DNA of 64,000 nucleotides, from positions 5,986-69,985 of the forward strand of contig JACIXY010000002.1 of assembly GCA_014360195.1 (NCBI GenBank). The letters are read 5' to 3'. Within the stretch, counting starts at the first letter, position 1; every line of letters starts with the position of its first letter. This DNA comes from Bacillota bacterium. GTDB lineage: Bacteria; Bacillota; SHA-98; UBA4971. The position numbers and the translations under genes were made by a program. Positions 39,959-49,821 of this stretch are shown here, piece by piece. The notes below the pieces were generated by a model, which did not search any database, was not told the origin of the DNA, and saw only the letters and a list, made by a program, of their open reading frames with translations.

Positions 39959-42427
39959 CTACTGGCAGGACCCGTAATAAATCTGGTTCGGCACCGGGGC
40001 GGGCGGACCGTCGTGGACGATGGCCGGGAGCGCCCTCTCGTCCTCATCATCTGTGTTCCGCTCACCCCCGCACAGCTCCTCCCGGCGCTGCAGAGCAACC
40101 TCGAGGACCTCATCCATGTGGTCCACGAACACCAGCTTCATGCTATCGAGGACGCTCCTCGGAATCTCCTCGATGTCCTTCCGGTTTTCACCGGGGAGCA
40201 CCACCGTGAAGACGCCCGCCCGATGCGCCGCGACGATCTTCTCCTTGACGCCGCCCACGGGCAGGACCCTGCCCCGCAGAGTGATCTCGCCGGTCATAGC
40301 GATATCGCACCTCACCGGCCTGCCCGAGAGGGCGGATGCGAGGGCGGTCGCCATTGCGATCCCTGCGGACGGCCCGTCCTTGGGTATAGCACCCTCAGGC
40401 ACGTGGATGTGCACATCCCGATCTTGATAGAAGTTGGGGTCGATCCCGAGTTCGTCCGCGCGGGACCTGATGTACGTGAACCCGGCCTGCGCGGATTCCT
40501 TCATCACGTCCCCCAGCTTTCCGGTGAGCGTGAGCTTCCCGGTACCCTTCATCACCGAGACCTCGATGGCCAGGATGTCCCCGCCCACCTCGGTGACGGC
40601 AAGCCCGGTCGCGACGCCGACCCTGTCCTCGGACTCCGCGACACCGTAGCGGTATTGCGGTATCCCGAGGTATCCTTCGATGTCCGCGGAGTCCACGACC
40701 ACGCGAGACGCATCGGCGCCGGCCGACTCGCTCACCACCTTCTTTGCGATCTTCCGCAGTATCGAGGAGATCTCTCGTTCGAGGCCGCGCACCCCTGCCT
40801 CGCGGGTATACTGCCTGATGATGGTCCTTATGGCACCCTCTGTGAACTCGATGTCATACCGCTCGAGGCCGTTTTCCTTTATCTGCTTCGGCACGAGGAA
40901 GTGGAGGCCGATCTGAACCTTCTCTTCCTCGGTGTAGCCCGGTATTGCGATGATCTCCATACGATCTGCAAGGGGCTTGGGGATCGCATGCAACACGTTC
41001 GCAGTTGTGATGAACATGACGTCCGACAGGTCGAACGGGATCTCGATATAATGGTCGCCGAACGCAGCGTTCTGCTCCGGGTCAAGCACCTCGAGAAGCG
41101 CCGACGACGGGTCTCCCCGGAAGTCATAGCTCATCTTATCTACCTCGTCGAGGAGGATGACCGGGTTCTTCGAGCCGGCCTGTCGCATGGCCTGGATGAT
41201 CTTGCCTGGAAGCGCGCCCACGTATGTGCGGCGATGCCCTCGGATCTCGGCCTCATCCCTCACTCCGCCCAGCGAAAACCTGACGAACTTCCTGTCGAGC
41301 GCCCGCGCTATGGACTTGCCGAGCGAGGTCTTTCCCACGCCGGGGGGACCCACGAGACACAGGATCGGGCCCTTGAGCTTACTCGTAAGCTGACGCACGG
41401 CCAGAAACTCGAGGATGCGTTCCTTGACCTTCTCAAGGCCGTAGTGGTCCTCGTCGAGAACCCTGGCCGCGGCCTCGATGTCGAGGCGGTCCTGGGTCTT
41501 GTACGTCCATGGCAGGGCTAGAAGCCAGTCAAGGTAAGTCCTGACCACAACCGCCTCCGCCGCCATGGGGGGCATCTTTTCGAGCCGCTCCACCTCACGA
41601 AGCGCCCGCTCTTCGACCTCCTTCGGAAGCCTGGCTGCAGCGATCTTCTCCCGGTACTCCTCGCCCTCCTGGGACCTGTCGTCCCTCTCGCCAAGCTCCT
41701 TCTGTATGGCCTTCATCTGCTCGCGCAGGTAGTACTCCTTCTGAGTCCTTTCCATCTGCTTTCGCACGCGCGAGTTGATCTTCTTCTCAAGCTCGAGGAT
41801 CTCCATTTCCTTGAGGAGAATAGCGCACAGCCTCTCAAGCCTGAGTCTGGGCGACGCGGCCTCCAGCACCTTCTGCTTATCCTCGGTACGCAGGGGCAGA
41901 TGGGCGGCGATGTCGTCCGCGAGTCTCCCGGGGTCTTCTATAGCCTGAACGGATGCTAGGACCTCGGTGGGGATCTTCTTCCCGAGCCTGACGTAGGACT
42001 CGAAGTATCCAAGGACGCTGCGCATAAGCGCCTCGGTTTCCTTCGTCATGCGCTCCGAGACCTCCACGGGCTCGACCCTGACCTTATAGAACGGATCGAC
42101 CTGGACGTACTCGGCGATCCTCGCTCGCTGGACACCCTCAACAAGCACCCTGATGGTGCCATCAGGGTACCTCGCAAGCTGCTTCACCTCGGAGATCGTG
42201 CCGACCTCATGGATCTCCTTCGGCGTCGGCTCGTTCACTTTTGCCTGCTTCTGCGCGGCAAGCAGAATGAGCCTGTCGTTCATCATTGCGTCTTCGAGCG
42301 CGGCGACGGACCTGTCTCTGCCCACGTCGAGGGGAACCGTCATGTAAGGGAACACGATCACGCCACGCAACGGAAGGAGAGGTACCAGGTCTTTCGTTCT
42401 TGCTGCTTTGGCTTCTTCCTTCGGCAT
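39959..42427 (-). CDS. lon: ATP-dependent protease La
   Basis: LPLR N-domain, [28 protein letters not shown]. Confidence 0.98.
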   Translation of the reverse strand: MPKEEAKAARTKDLVPLLPLRGVIVFPYMTVPLDVGRDRSVAALEDAMMNDRLILLAAQKQAKVNEPTPKEIHEVGTISEVKQLARYPDGTIRVLVEGVQRARIAEYVQVDPFYKVRVEPVEVSERMTKETEALMRSVLGYFESYVRLGKKIPTEVLASVQAIEDPGRLADDIAAHLPLRTEDKQKVLEAASPRLRLERLCAILLKEMEILELEKKINSRVRKQMERTQKEYYLREQMKAIQKELGERDDRSQEGEEYREKIAAARLPKEVEERALREVERLEKMPPMAAEAVVVRTYLDWLLALPWTYKTQDRLDIEAAARVLDEDHYGLEKVKERILEFLAVRQLTSKLKGPILCLVGPPGVGKTSLGKSIARALDRKFVRFSLGGVRDEAEIRGHRRTYVGALPGKIIQAMRQAGSKNPVILLDEVDKMSYDFRGDPSSALLEVLDPEQNAAFGDHYIEIPFDLSDVMFITTANVLHAIPKPLADRMEIIAIPGYTEEEKVQIGLHFLVPKQIKENGLERYDIEFTEGAIRTIIRQYTREAGVRGLEREISSILRKIAKKVVSESAGADASRVVVDSADIEGYLGIPQYRYGVAESEDRVGVATGLAVTEVGGDILAIEVSVMKGTGKLTLTGKLGDVMKESAQAGFTYIRSRADELGIDPNFYQDRDVHIHVPEGAIPKDGPSAGIAMATALASALSGRPVRCDIAMTGEITLRGRVLPVGGVKEKIVAAHRAGVFTVVLPGENRKDIEEIPRSVLDSMKLVFVDHMDEVLEVALQRREELCGGERNTDDEDERALPAIVHDGPPAPVPNQIYYGSCQ

Positions 42428-42554
42428 GCTGCATTTGCACCTCCTCGGCTACTCCGGCGGACTCGTCCGCGCTCCACACTGCGAACCGCGCCGCACGCTC
42501 CACCCGGATCCGCGGCAGGTTACGGCCAAGCACGCTGCTGTCACTAGTCAGTGT

Positions 42555-42581
42555 ATTCGGCCCGGCCTGTCCGATTCCTGC
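42555..42581 (-). promoter_or_regulatory. SigH-like promoter upstream of lon
   Basis: GCAGGAATC-N11-GCCGAAT. Confidence 0.35.
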
Positions 42582-42814
42582 CCTCGACTCAAGGGACATG
42601 GGCGCCCCGCACCCCGCCCTCGCCTTCGGGTCCCCTCGGTTCACGATACACTACGCCTCATAGCGCAGGTGTGGTCAATCGGCAGCGTACAGTGGCAGGC
42701 AGAACGTAACGATGAAAAAACAAGGAAAGCCTCGCCTCACAGGCAAGGCTATCACACGGGTCGGTATTATGTCAACGTACGCGGACTGTCAATTTCTGTC
42801 GCGAAGAGGAGGCA

Positions 42815-42939
42815 CCGAGTGGGGTGCAGAAATGCTTCCACCTATTGGAATGGGTTGCCGGTGACTCAAAGAGAGAGTGCAACACCGGCAACCCGGCAGC
42901 TACCGGAAATGGAGCAAGGGCTAACGCACCCTCACTTAG
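42815..42939 (+). repeat. Modular palindromic MITE-like repeat, copy 4 (short class; overlaps the lonB stop codon)
   Basis: CCGAGTGGGGTGCAGAAATGC...GGGTTGCCGGTG-ACTCAAAGAGAGAGTGCAA-CACCGGCAACCC...CTAACGCACCCTCACTTAG. Confidence 0.9.
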
Positions 42940-44627
42940 CAGCCTGCGGAGAGACCGGCGGCGGCAGCCTGCGGGCAAGTGTTCGTGCCAAGGGACCCCG
43001 CTGGCGGCCCCGCGGCCACCATGGCAGCTTGCACTACCTCCTCGATTCGCTCTACGGGCACAACGAGGATGTCCTTCCTTTCGCCGAAGCTCTCCTGCCA
43101 GTTCTCGCGCGGAATTATCACCCTGCTCGCTCCCGCCAGAGCCGCAGCCTCGACCTTCGCCACGATCCCACCGACAGGTTTCACGTAGCCACGTATGGAC
43201 ACTTCACCCGTCATGGCAAGCTTGTTGTCCACAGGGATCTGAGTAATCGCGGAGTAGATGGCGGTGACAATGGCGACCCCGGCCGACGGCCCGTCCAGCG
43301 GAATGCCGCCCGGGAAGTTCACGTGGATGTCGTAGTCCTCGGGCCTGACCGAGAGGAACTTCCGCAGCACCGTGATGACGTTTTCCACGGAGCCTCTCGC
43401 CATGCTCTTGCGTCTCATTATCCGCCCTGTCTCGCCCATCTCCTCCTCATCGATGAGACCGGTCGTGATAACCTTTCCCGCGCCCCTTTCCACAGGCACC
43501 GCGGTGGCCTCGATCTCCACGAGCATCCCATTCATCGCGCCGTACACGGCAAGCCCGTTCACATACCCCACCTGGGGCGTGCGGGGCACCTTCTTGAAGG
43601 GGCGGGGTGAGTACTGGCCGGAATTCACCACCCACTCCACGTCAGCCTTGGTCACAGTCTGTCGACCCGACGTAAGCGCGGCCCCGCCCGCGATCTGAAG
43701 GATGTTCACGGCGTCGCGGCCGTTGACTGCATACTTCTTGATGACCTCGAGGGCCCCGTCCTCAAGGACGAAACCTGCCTTCTGAGCGGCGTTCGCCGCG
43801 ATGATCCCAACCTCGTCAGGGGTCAGGGCTCTGAAGAAGACCTCGATACACCTCGACCGGATTGCCGGCGGGATCTCCTCCGGGGACCTGGTGGTGGCAC
43901 CAACCAGCCGGAAATCGGCCGGCAGACCGTTCTGGAATATGTCGTGGATGTGCTGCGGGATGTTGGGGTCCTCTGAGCTGTAGTACGCGCTCTCCAGGAA
44001 GACCTTCCTGTCCTCGAGCACCTTGAGCAGCTTGTTTATCTGGACCGGGTGAAGCTCCCCGATCTCGTCGATGAACAGGATGCCGCCATGGGCCTTCGTC
44101 ACGGCACCCGGTTTGGGCTGCGGAATGCCTGCTATCCCCAGGGGACCCGCGCCCTGGTATATGGGATCGTGGACCGAGCCTATCAGGGGATCCGCTATCC
44201 CGCGATCGTCGAACCTGGAGGTCGCCCCGTCCACCTCGACGAATTTGGCCGATTGCTTGAAAGGCGAGCGAGGGTTCTTCTTGGCTTCCTCCAGCACGAC
44301 CCTTGCCGCAGCGGTCTTGCCTACACCCGGAGGGCCATACATTATGACATGCTGTGGGTTCGGCCCGCATAGCGCGGCACGCAGCGCGCGCAGGCCCTCT
44401 TCCTGCCCTATGATCTCGTTGAGCGTGGTGGGCCGGGTCTTCTCCGACAGCGGTTCCGTCAGGGATATGCTGCGCAGCTTCTGAAGCTTCTCCATCTCCT
44501 TGCGGGACTCGCGGTCGACGGCAACCCTGTTCCCCTGCTGCGTTCTGAGGAGGTTCCAGAAGTACAGCCCTATGACGATCCCAAAGAACAGGTTTATGAG
44601 CCCGAAGATGTTGCCTGCAAAGTCCAT
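42936..44627 (-). CDS. lonB: Sporulation-associated ATP-dependent protease LonB
   Basis: N-terminal TM GLYFWNLLR, ALCGPNPQH, IADPLIGSVHDPIYQGAG, DGPSAG. Confidence 0.95.
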   Translation of the reverse strand: MDFAGNIFGLINLFFGIVIGLYFWNLLRTQQGNRVAVDRESRKEMEKLQKLRSISLTEPLSEKTRPTTLNEIIGQEEGLRALRAALCGPNPQHVIMYGPPGVGKTAAARVVLEEAKKNPRSPFKQSAKFVEVDGATSRFDDRGIADPLIGSVHDPIYQGAGPLGIAGIPQPKPGAVTKAHGGILFIDEIGELHPVQINKLLKVLEDRKVFLESAYYSSEDPNIPQHIHDIFQNGLPADFRLVGATTRSPEEIPPAIRSRCIEVFFRALTPDEVGIIAANAAQKAGFVLEDGALEVIKKYAVNGRDAVNILQIAGGAALTSGRQTVTKADVEWVVNSGQYSPRPFKKVPRTPQVGYVNGLAVYGAMNGMLVEIEATAVPVERGAGKVITTGLIDEEEMGETGRIMRRKSMARGSVENVITVLRKFLSVRPEDYDIHVNFPGGIPLDGPSAGVAIVTAIYSAITQIPVDNKLAMTGEVSIRGYVKPVGGIVAKVEAAALAGASRVIIPRENWQESFGERKDILVVPVERIEEVVQAAMVAAGPPAGSLGTNTCPQAAAAGLSAGC

Positions 44628-44778
44628 GGAAAAGCCGCCTCTGCCGTGTGGGATGGGTGTTTCTCAAGTCTATTATGTCCATGACGCCGGGGCTTAAGTG
44701 AGAGTTCACAGATCAACACGGGGAACCCAGCGCGAAGTGCCATCCCCACACGCGGCGGCGCAGCGCTGTGAGCACCGA

Positions 44779-44982
44779 CTCAGTGCGGGTGCGTTAGTCC
44801 CTCTCCCTTTCCCAATAGTTGGCGGGTTGCCGGTGTTGCACTCGGAGACGGCGCCCCAAGCGGGGCGCGCTTCGCCAAAATCCGGCCCGCCGGGCAAGTG
44901 ACCGGATTTTGACAGCCCTCGTGCAAGCACCGGCAACCCAAGACCTCGGAAAACGAGAGAAACCTAATGACCTCATACTTAG
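44779..44982 (+). repeat. Modular palindromic MITE-like repeat, copy 5 (long class); an extra orphan end at about 44694-44712
   Basis: CTCAGTGCGGGTGCGTTAG...GGGTTGCCGGTGTTGCAC..CAAAATCCGG-N-CCGGATTTTG..GTGCAAGCACCGGCAACCC...GACCTCATACTTAG. Confidence 0.9.
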
Positions 44983-44996
44983 GCGTGCGTAACAGG

Positions 44997-45023
44997 ACGG
45001 GAGGCCTTCGCCAGGCCTCCCGT
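44997..45023 (-). terminator. Hairpin after clpX
   Basis: ACGGGAGGCCT-TCGCC-AGGCCTCCCGT. Confidence 0.6.
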
Positions 45024-45101
45024 TGGAATCCAGAGACAACGTCTCGCGCCAGCCAGCGGCCATCCAGCGTCCTGCTCGGCGCGATGCACCGCACTGCAGC
45101 G

Positions 45102-46367
45102 CTACGCCGTCTCCTCTCGCTTCTTCGCGCTCTTCCGCTCCTGCAACACCATAGTAGGCTTTGCGAGGCCCTCCACCACTTCCTTCGTCACAACGACCTT
45201 CTTGACGTCGCTGCGCGACGGGATCTCATACATGATGTCAAGCATGATGTTCTCCATGATGGACCGCAGCCCTCTCGCCCCGGTGTTCCGCGCTATAGCC
45301 TTCTTCGCCACAGCCACGAGGGCATCCTCGGTGATCTCAAGCTCCACGCCGTCCAGCTCGAACATCCTCTTGTACTGCTTGGCCAGGGCATTCCTGGGTT
45401 CCGTGAGTATCCTCACGAGAGCCTGCTCATCGAGGGCGTCGAGCGGAACCACAACCGGCAGCCTCCCAATGAACTCAGGGATGAGCCCGAACTTGAGAAG
45501 ATCCTCGGGCATGACCTGCCTGAGTATGTCCCCGATGTTCACGTCGATCTTCGGCCGCAGCTCAGCTCCGAAGCCAAGGGTCTTCTTCCCTATGCGATTC
45601 TGTATGATCTTCTCCAGCCCGTCGAACGCGCCTCCGCATATGAAGAGGATGTTCGTCGTGTCTATCTGGATGAACTCCTGGTGCGGGTGCTTCCGCCCGC
45701 CCTGCGGAGGAACGCTCGCAATCGTGCCTTCGAGGATCTTCAGAAGAGCCTGCTGCACGCCTTCACCGGACACGTCACGCGTGATCGACGGGTTCTCGGA
45801 CTTGCGCGCGATCTTGTCAACCTCATCGATATAGACGATGCCCTTCTCAGCTTTCTCGATGTCGTAGTCCGCCGCCTGGATCAGCCGCAGCAGGATGTTC
45901 TCGACATCCTCGCCGACATACCCGGCCTCAGTAAGCGAAGTCGCATCGGAGATGGCGAAGGGAACGTTCAGGATCTTGGCCAGGGTCTGCGCGAGCAGAG
46001 TCTTCCCGACGCCGGTGGGACCAAGGAGCAGTATGTTGCTCTTCTGGAGCTCCACGTCGTCCACGCGCACGTTCGCGCCGATACGCTTGTAGTGGTTGTA
46101 CACCGCCACGGCAAGGGTCTTTTTCGCGTCGTCCTGGCCGATGACGTACTGATCCAGGATCTCCTTGATTTCCTTGGGCTTCGGGATGTTACCCAATTCG
46201 ACATCTGCTTCTTCGCCCAGCTCTTCCTCGATGATCTCATTGCAAAGCTCGATGCACTCGTCGCAAATGTAGACGCCGGGCCCGGCTATCAGCTTCTTGA
46301 CCTGGTCCTGAGCTTTGCCGCAAAACGAGCACTTGAGCTGGCCCTTTTCATCGCCGAATTTGAACAC
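45102..46367 (-). CDS. clpX: Clp protease ATP-binding subunit ClpX
   Basis: CSFCGK Zn finger, [21 protein letters not shown] loop. Confidence 0.98.
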   Translation of the reverse strand: MFKFGDEKGQLKCSFCGKAQDQVKKLIAGPGVYICDECIELCNEIIEEELGEEADVELGNIPKPKEIKEILDQYVIGQDDAKKTLAVAVYNHYKRIGANVRVDDVELQKSNILLLGPTGVGKTLLAQTLAKILNVPFAISDATSLTEAGYVGEDVENILLRLIQAADYDIEKAEKGIVYIDEVDKIARKSENPSITRDVSGEGVQQALLKILEGTIASVPPQGGRKHPHQEFIQIDTTNILFICGGAFDGLEKIIQNRIGKKTLGFGAELRPKIDVNIGDILRQVMPEDLLKFGLIPEFIGRLPVVVPLDALDEQALVRILTEPRNALAKQYKRMFELDGVELEITEDALVAVAKKAIARNTGARGLRSIMENIMLDIMYEIPSRSDVKKVVVTKEVVEGLAKPTMVLQERKSAKKREETA

Positions 46368-46378
46368 CCTACCACCCC

Positions 46379-46966
46379 CTACTTTTTCTTGGTTCTGAAG
46401 ATATCGTCTACGATCCCGTAAGCCTTCGCTTCCTCAGCCGACATGAAGAAGTTCCTGTCCGTGTCCGCCGCTATCTTCTCTATCGGCTGCCCTGTGTGCT
46501 TCGCCAGGATCTGTTGGGTTATCTCACGCAGCTTCACGATCTCTCTCGCCTGTATCTCAATGTCGGTAGCCTGCCCCTGGGCGCCGCCGAGAGGCTGGTG
46601 GATCATTACCCTCGAGTAAGGGAGAGCGTATCTCTTGCCCTTCGCGCCCGCCGCCAGGAGAAGCGCGCCCATGCTAGCGGCCATGCCGATACACGTGGTG
46701 GCAACATCAGGCTTGATATACTGCATCGTGTCGTATATGGCAAGCCCTGACGTCACCACACCGCCGGGGCTGTTGATATAGAGGTTGATGTCCTTGTCGG
46801 GGTCCTCGCCCTGAAGGAACAGCATCTGAGCGATGACAAGGTTCGCGACGTCATCGTCTATCGGGCCGCCGATGAAGATGATCCTGTCCTTCAGCAGCCT
46901 CGAGTATATATCGTAAGCCCGTTCCCCACGGTTTGTCTGCTCCACAACGATCGGAACAAGATTCAC
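46379..46966 (-). CDS. clpP: Clp protease proteolytic subunit
   Basis: [30 protein letters not shown]. Confidence 0.98.
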   Translation of the reverse strand: MNLVPIVVEQTNRGERAYDIYSRLLKDRIIFIGGPIDDDVANLVIAQMLFLQGEDPDKDINLYINSPGGVVTSGLAIYDTMQYIKPDVATTCIGMAASMGALLLAAGAKGKRYALPYSRVMIHQPLGGAQGQATDIEIQAREIVKLREITQQILAKHTGQPIEKIAADTDRNFFMSAEEAKAYGIVDDIFRTKKK

Positions 46967-47016
46967 GATCAACTCCTCCTCCCTTGCATCACAATCATAT
47001 GCTGACCTTGCTGAAC

Positions 47017-48312
47017 TCACTCGCCCTTTGCGAGTTGAACCAGGCGGTCTATGGTTTTCTCTCTAACTATTGCGTCTTCTATACTGTGAATACGCCCTGT
47101 CCTTGTCAAGAGTTCCCGGACCTCGTCGGCGGTCCTGCCCTGCCTTGAGGCGATCTGGGCGATACGGGAATTTACTTCGTCGTCAGTGGCGGTAAATCCT
47201 TCCGCCTTGCTTATGGCATCGAGCACCAGGTCAGACTTGACCAGTGCCTGCGCCTCATCGCGGTAACTCTTCTTGAGCGCCTCCTCGTCCAGGCCGCACG
47301 CCTCAAGGTACCCTTCTAGCGTCATCCCCTGCTGCGCGAGACTCTCCGCGAGGTCGCGGATCATGAAGTCCACCTGTCGATCTACGAGAGGCTCGGGGAC
47401 GTCCACCTCGGCCTCCTGCGTGATTCTTTCCACGACGGTCTTCCTGTATTCCGCCTCGGCCCGGCTTTCCGCCGATTTCTGCAGACGCTCGCGGATGTCC
47501 CGCCTCATTGCGTCCAGGCTGTCGTACCCGCCGACGGCCTTCGCGAACTCGTCATTCACGTCGGGCAGCTTCCTCACACGGATCTCCTTCACCACCACGC
47601 GCGCCCGGGCGGGTTTTCCCGCAAGACTCTTCTCTGGATAGGTCTCCGGCACGGTGGTTTCGATGGTTTTCTCTTCGCCCGGCTTCAGCCCGATAAGGCC
47701 CTCGCCCAAGCCGGGAAGATCCTGCTTCGCAGCAGCCTCTATGACGAGGTCCTTGCCGCCGCCCCTGACCTCAAGGGGCTTGCCGTCGGAGGTGAGCTCA
47801 AGGTCCACTGTGACCAGGTCCCCCGCCTGCACGGTGTCGTGGTCGGCAGGCTCAGCCGTGGCCCGGTTCCGCCGCAGGACTTCGATGTAGCGGTCCACCT
47901 CGTCGTCGCCGACCTCGGGAGCCGTCTTCTCCACCCTGATCGCACGGTAATCCGGGAGCTTGACTTCGGGCCTTACGAGAACCTTCGCCTTGAACCTGAG
48001 CGGCTTTCCCTCCTCGATCTGCTCTATATCGAAGTCGGGTTCGTCCACGGGGTCGATGCCTGTCTCTTTCACGGCCTCCATGTATACGTGAGGCACGAGG
48101 CGCTTCAGCGCGTCCTCATAGAGCGCTCCCTTGCCGAGCCTCATCTCAAGGATCTGGCGCGGGACCTTGCCCTTTCGGAAACCGGGCACCGTCACACGCT
48201 GGGCGAGCCTGCGATAACTCTCGTCGAGGGCCCGGCTGACCTGGGCCTCGTCCACTTCGATATCCAGATGAGCGAAGTTCCCCTCTATTCTCTCCACCGC
48301 AGCCTTCACCAT
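47017..48312 (-). CDS. tig: Trigger factor
   Basis: [14 protein letters not shown]-like middle domain; precedes clpP. Confidence 0.96.
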   Translation of the reverse strand: MVKAAVERIEGNFAHLDIEVDEAQVSRALDESYRRLAQRVTVPGFRKGKVPRQILEMRLGKGALYEDALKRLVPHVYMEAVKETGIDPVDEPDFDIEQIEEGKPLRFKAKVLVRPEVKLPDYRAIRVEKTAPEVGDDEVDRYIEVLRRNRATAEPADHDTVQAGDLVTVDLELTSDGKPLEVRGGGKDLVIEAAAKQDLPGLGEGLIGLKPGEEKTIETTVPETYPEKSLAGKPARARVVVKEIRVRKLPDVNDEFAKAVGGYDSLDAMRRDIRERLQKSAESRAEAEYRKTVVERITQEAEVDVPEPLVDRQVDFMIRDLAESLAQQGMTLEGYLEACGLDEEALKKSYRDEAQALVKSDLVLDAISKAEGFTATDDEVNSRIAQIASRQGRTADEVRELLTRTGRIHSIEDAIVREKTIDRLVQLAKGE

Positions 48313-48625
48313 ATTCGCCGCCGCGAAGCCACAGGGTCTTGTCGCCCCGGGCAAATGGCAGCCTCCCTCCTCCTGATTTTCCTTTTCGTCCGCATTCCTC
48401 CGCACATCGATGTTACTATTCGAATGCCGGCTGGAGCAGCCTTGGGCAGCGCGGGTGCCTCACCGGCCGGGGCTGCGTCGGGCCCCTCCTTCGGCGAAAG
48501 CCTTTACACTTGCATGACTATTCTATCGCGATCACGGCTCGACGCAACGCACAAAAACAATACCTCGGTAGGCGCCGATCCAGCGACTGCCGAGGCAGCG
48601 TCGTTCAAACCCTTCGGCCCATCGT

Positions 48626-48654
48626 ATTCTAACATGCGTGCAGGACGTTGTAAA
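48626..48654 (-). promoter_or_regulatory. sigmaA promoter upstream of tig
   Basis: TTTACA-N17-TAGAAT with extended TG. Confidence 0.6.
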
Positions 48655-48716
48655 GCCGAACGCGGCGGCCGACTCCGCCTGGGCGAGGATCTTGCCTGTC
48701 CCGACGGGCGAGTGGA

Positions 48717-48761
48717 GCACCGCGCGTCCGGGTTTTCCTGGTGGCATCAGCGAGGCTGGTG
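48717..48761 (+). repeat. 45-bp direct repeat, left copy
   Basis: 40/45 identical to 52634-52678 (manual alignment). Confidence 0.8.
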
Positions 48762-49041
48762 CGCGGTGAGATATCTCTTGGGGAAGTCGTCTGTGGCAGG
48801 AGGATATCGGGCGGCGGTGGCGTAATAGTCTTTTGAGAGGAAATATGCTCTGAGTGACAGAACATACAGGCAATCACTGTAATTAGAGCAGCGTGGACGC
48901 GATGATCACGGCCCTGTAAGCGGTTGCTTGGGGCTGTGGGAGCAAGTAGCGAGACCGGCCACGCATCTGTCCAGGTGCGTGTCCCGGTCCTTTTGTCTCT
49001 ACAGGTCCGCAAGCAGATAAGCGGAGCCGGGGTGAGATGAG

Positions 49042-49185
49042 ATGGAACTTGTTCGAAGGGCAAAGCGCTGGTGGCGCAGGCAGCTCATAATCAACCCGGG
49101 TCGCGTCGATTCCTGGCTCGTGGGCCTCTTCGGCATTCTTGCAACAGTCATCATCGTAGCAGTTCTCGTGCGCTTTATCGGATAG
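49042..49185 (+). CDS. 47-aa single-pass membrane peptide (absent from the ORF track)
   Basis: MELVRRAKRWWRRQLIINPGRVDSWLVGLFGILATVIIVAVLVRFIG; GGGGTGA RBS-like sequence; basic N-terminus plus a clean TM helix. Confidence 0.55.
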   Translation: MELVRRAKRWWRRQLIINPGRVDSWLVGLFGILATVIIVAVLVRFIG

Positions 49186-49463
49186 CCATCCTTTACTGCA
49201 CTGTAGCCTCATCCAGCCTTCGACGATACGTTGAGGCCGCACAGAATCTTCGGCTCCCGAACGAATTGGGGCTTTCTTTGTCGTGTACGCAGCCCAGTCG
49301 AAGAGGCAAGGCCCAGGGCAGGTATGGGTGACGACAGCAGCTGGCTTCATCCCAAGGTGTCCGACAGTTCCAGTCGGACGTGGGTATCGCGGCACCTCTC
49401 CCGGTGCACCTAAGTAGATCGCCACAAGTAATCGCCGGTTTCAGAGAGCACACGTGCCGTGCA

Positions 49464-49622
49464 GGGTTGCCGGTGTTGCACTCGGGGACGGCGCCCCAAG
49501 CGGGGCGCGCTTCGCCAAAATCCGGCCCGTCTGGCTAGGCAGCCGGATTTTGACACCCCTCGTGCAATCACCGGCAACCCAAGACCTCGGAAAACGGAGA
49601 AAACTAGTGACCTCATACTTAG
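49464..49622 (+). repeat. Modular palindromic MITE-like repeat, copy 6 (long class, left arm diverged)
   Basis: Nearly identical to 44824-44982 except the central loop and a few substitutions. Confidence 0.9.
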
Positions 49623-49821
49623 ACGGGCTTGCGGAACGGCTCGTGCTCTGAAGCCGGCGAGTTCCGTCTGCAAGACTCGTGCCAGCTGGCGTGGCGCTGG
49701 CTTTCACGTTGCCGGACACGACCGCCCACTCCTTGCACCGGGTATTCAGCATGGTCGCCCGGCCTCGAGAGGCCGCGCGCCTAACCGTGGGATGAATGAT
49801 GAATATGGGATCAGCGCGGGA

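Noticed and set aside
44670..44700. SigF promoter for lonB (GGACATAATA -10)
   Set aside because: The -10 fits but the -35 and spacing are poor, possibly disrupted by the orphan repeat end; too weak to call
48883..49425. 180-aa minus-strand ORF with a vague HEPN-like stretch
   Set aside because: No convincing motif or RBS; the opposite strand encodes a more plausible membrane peptide
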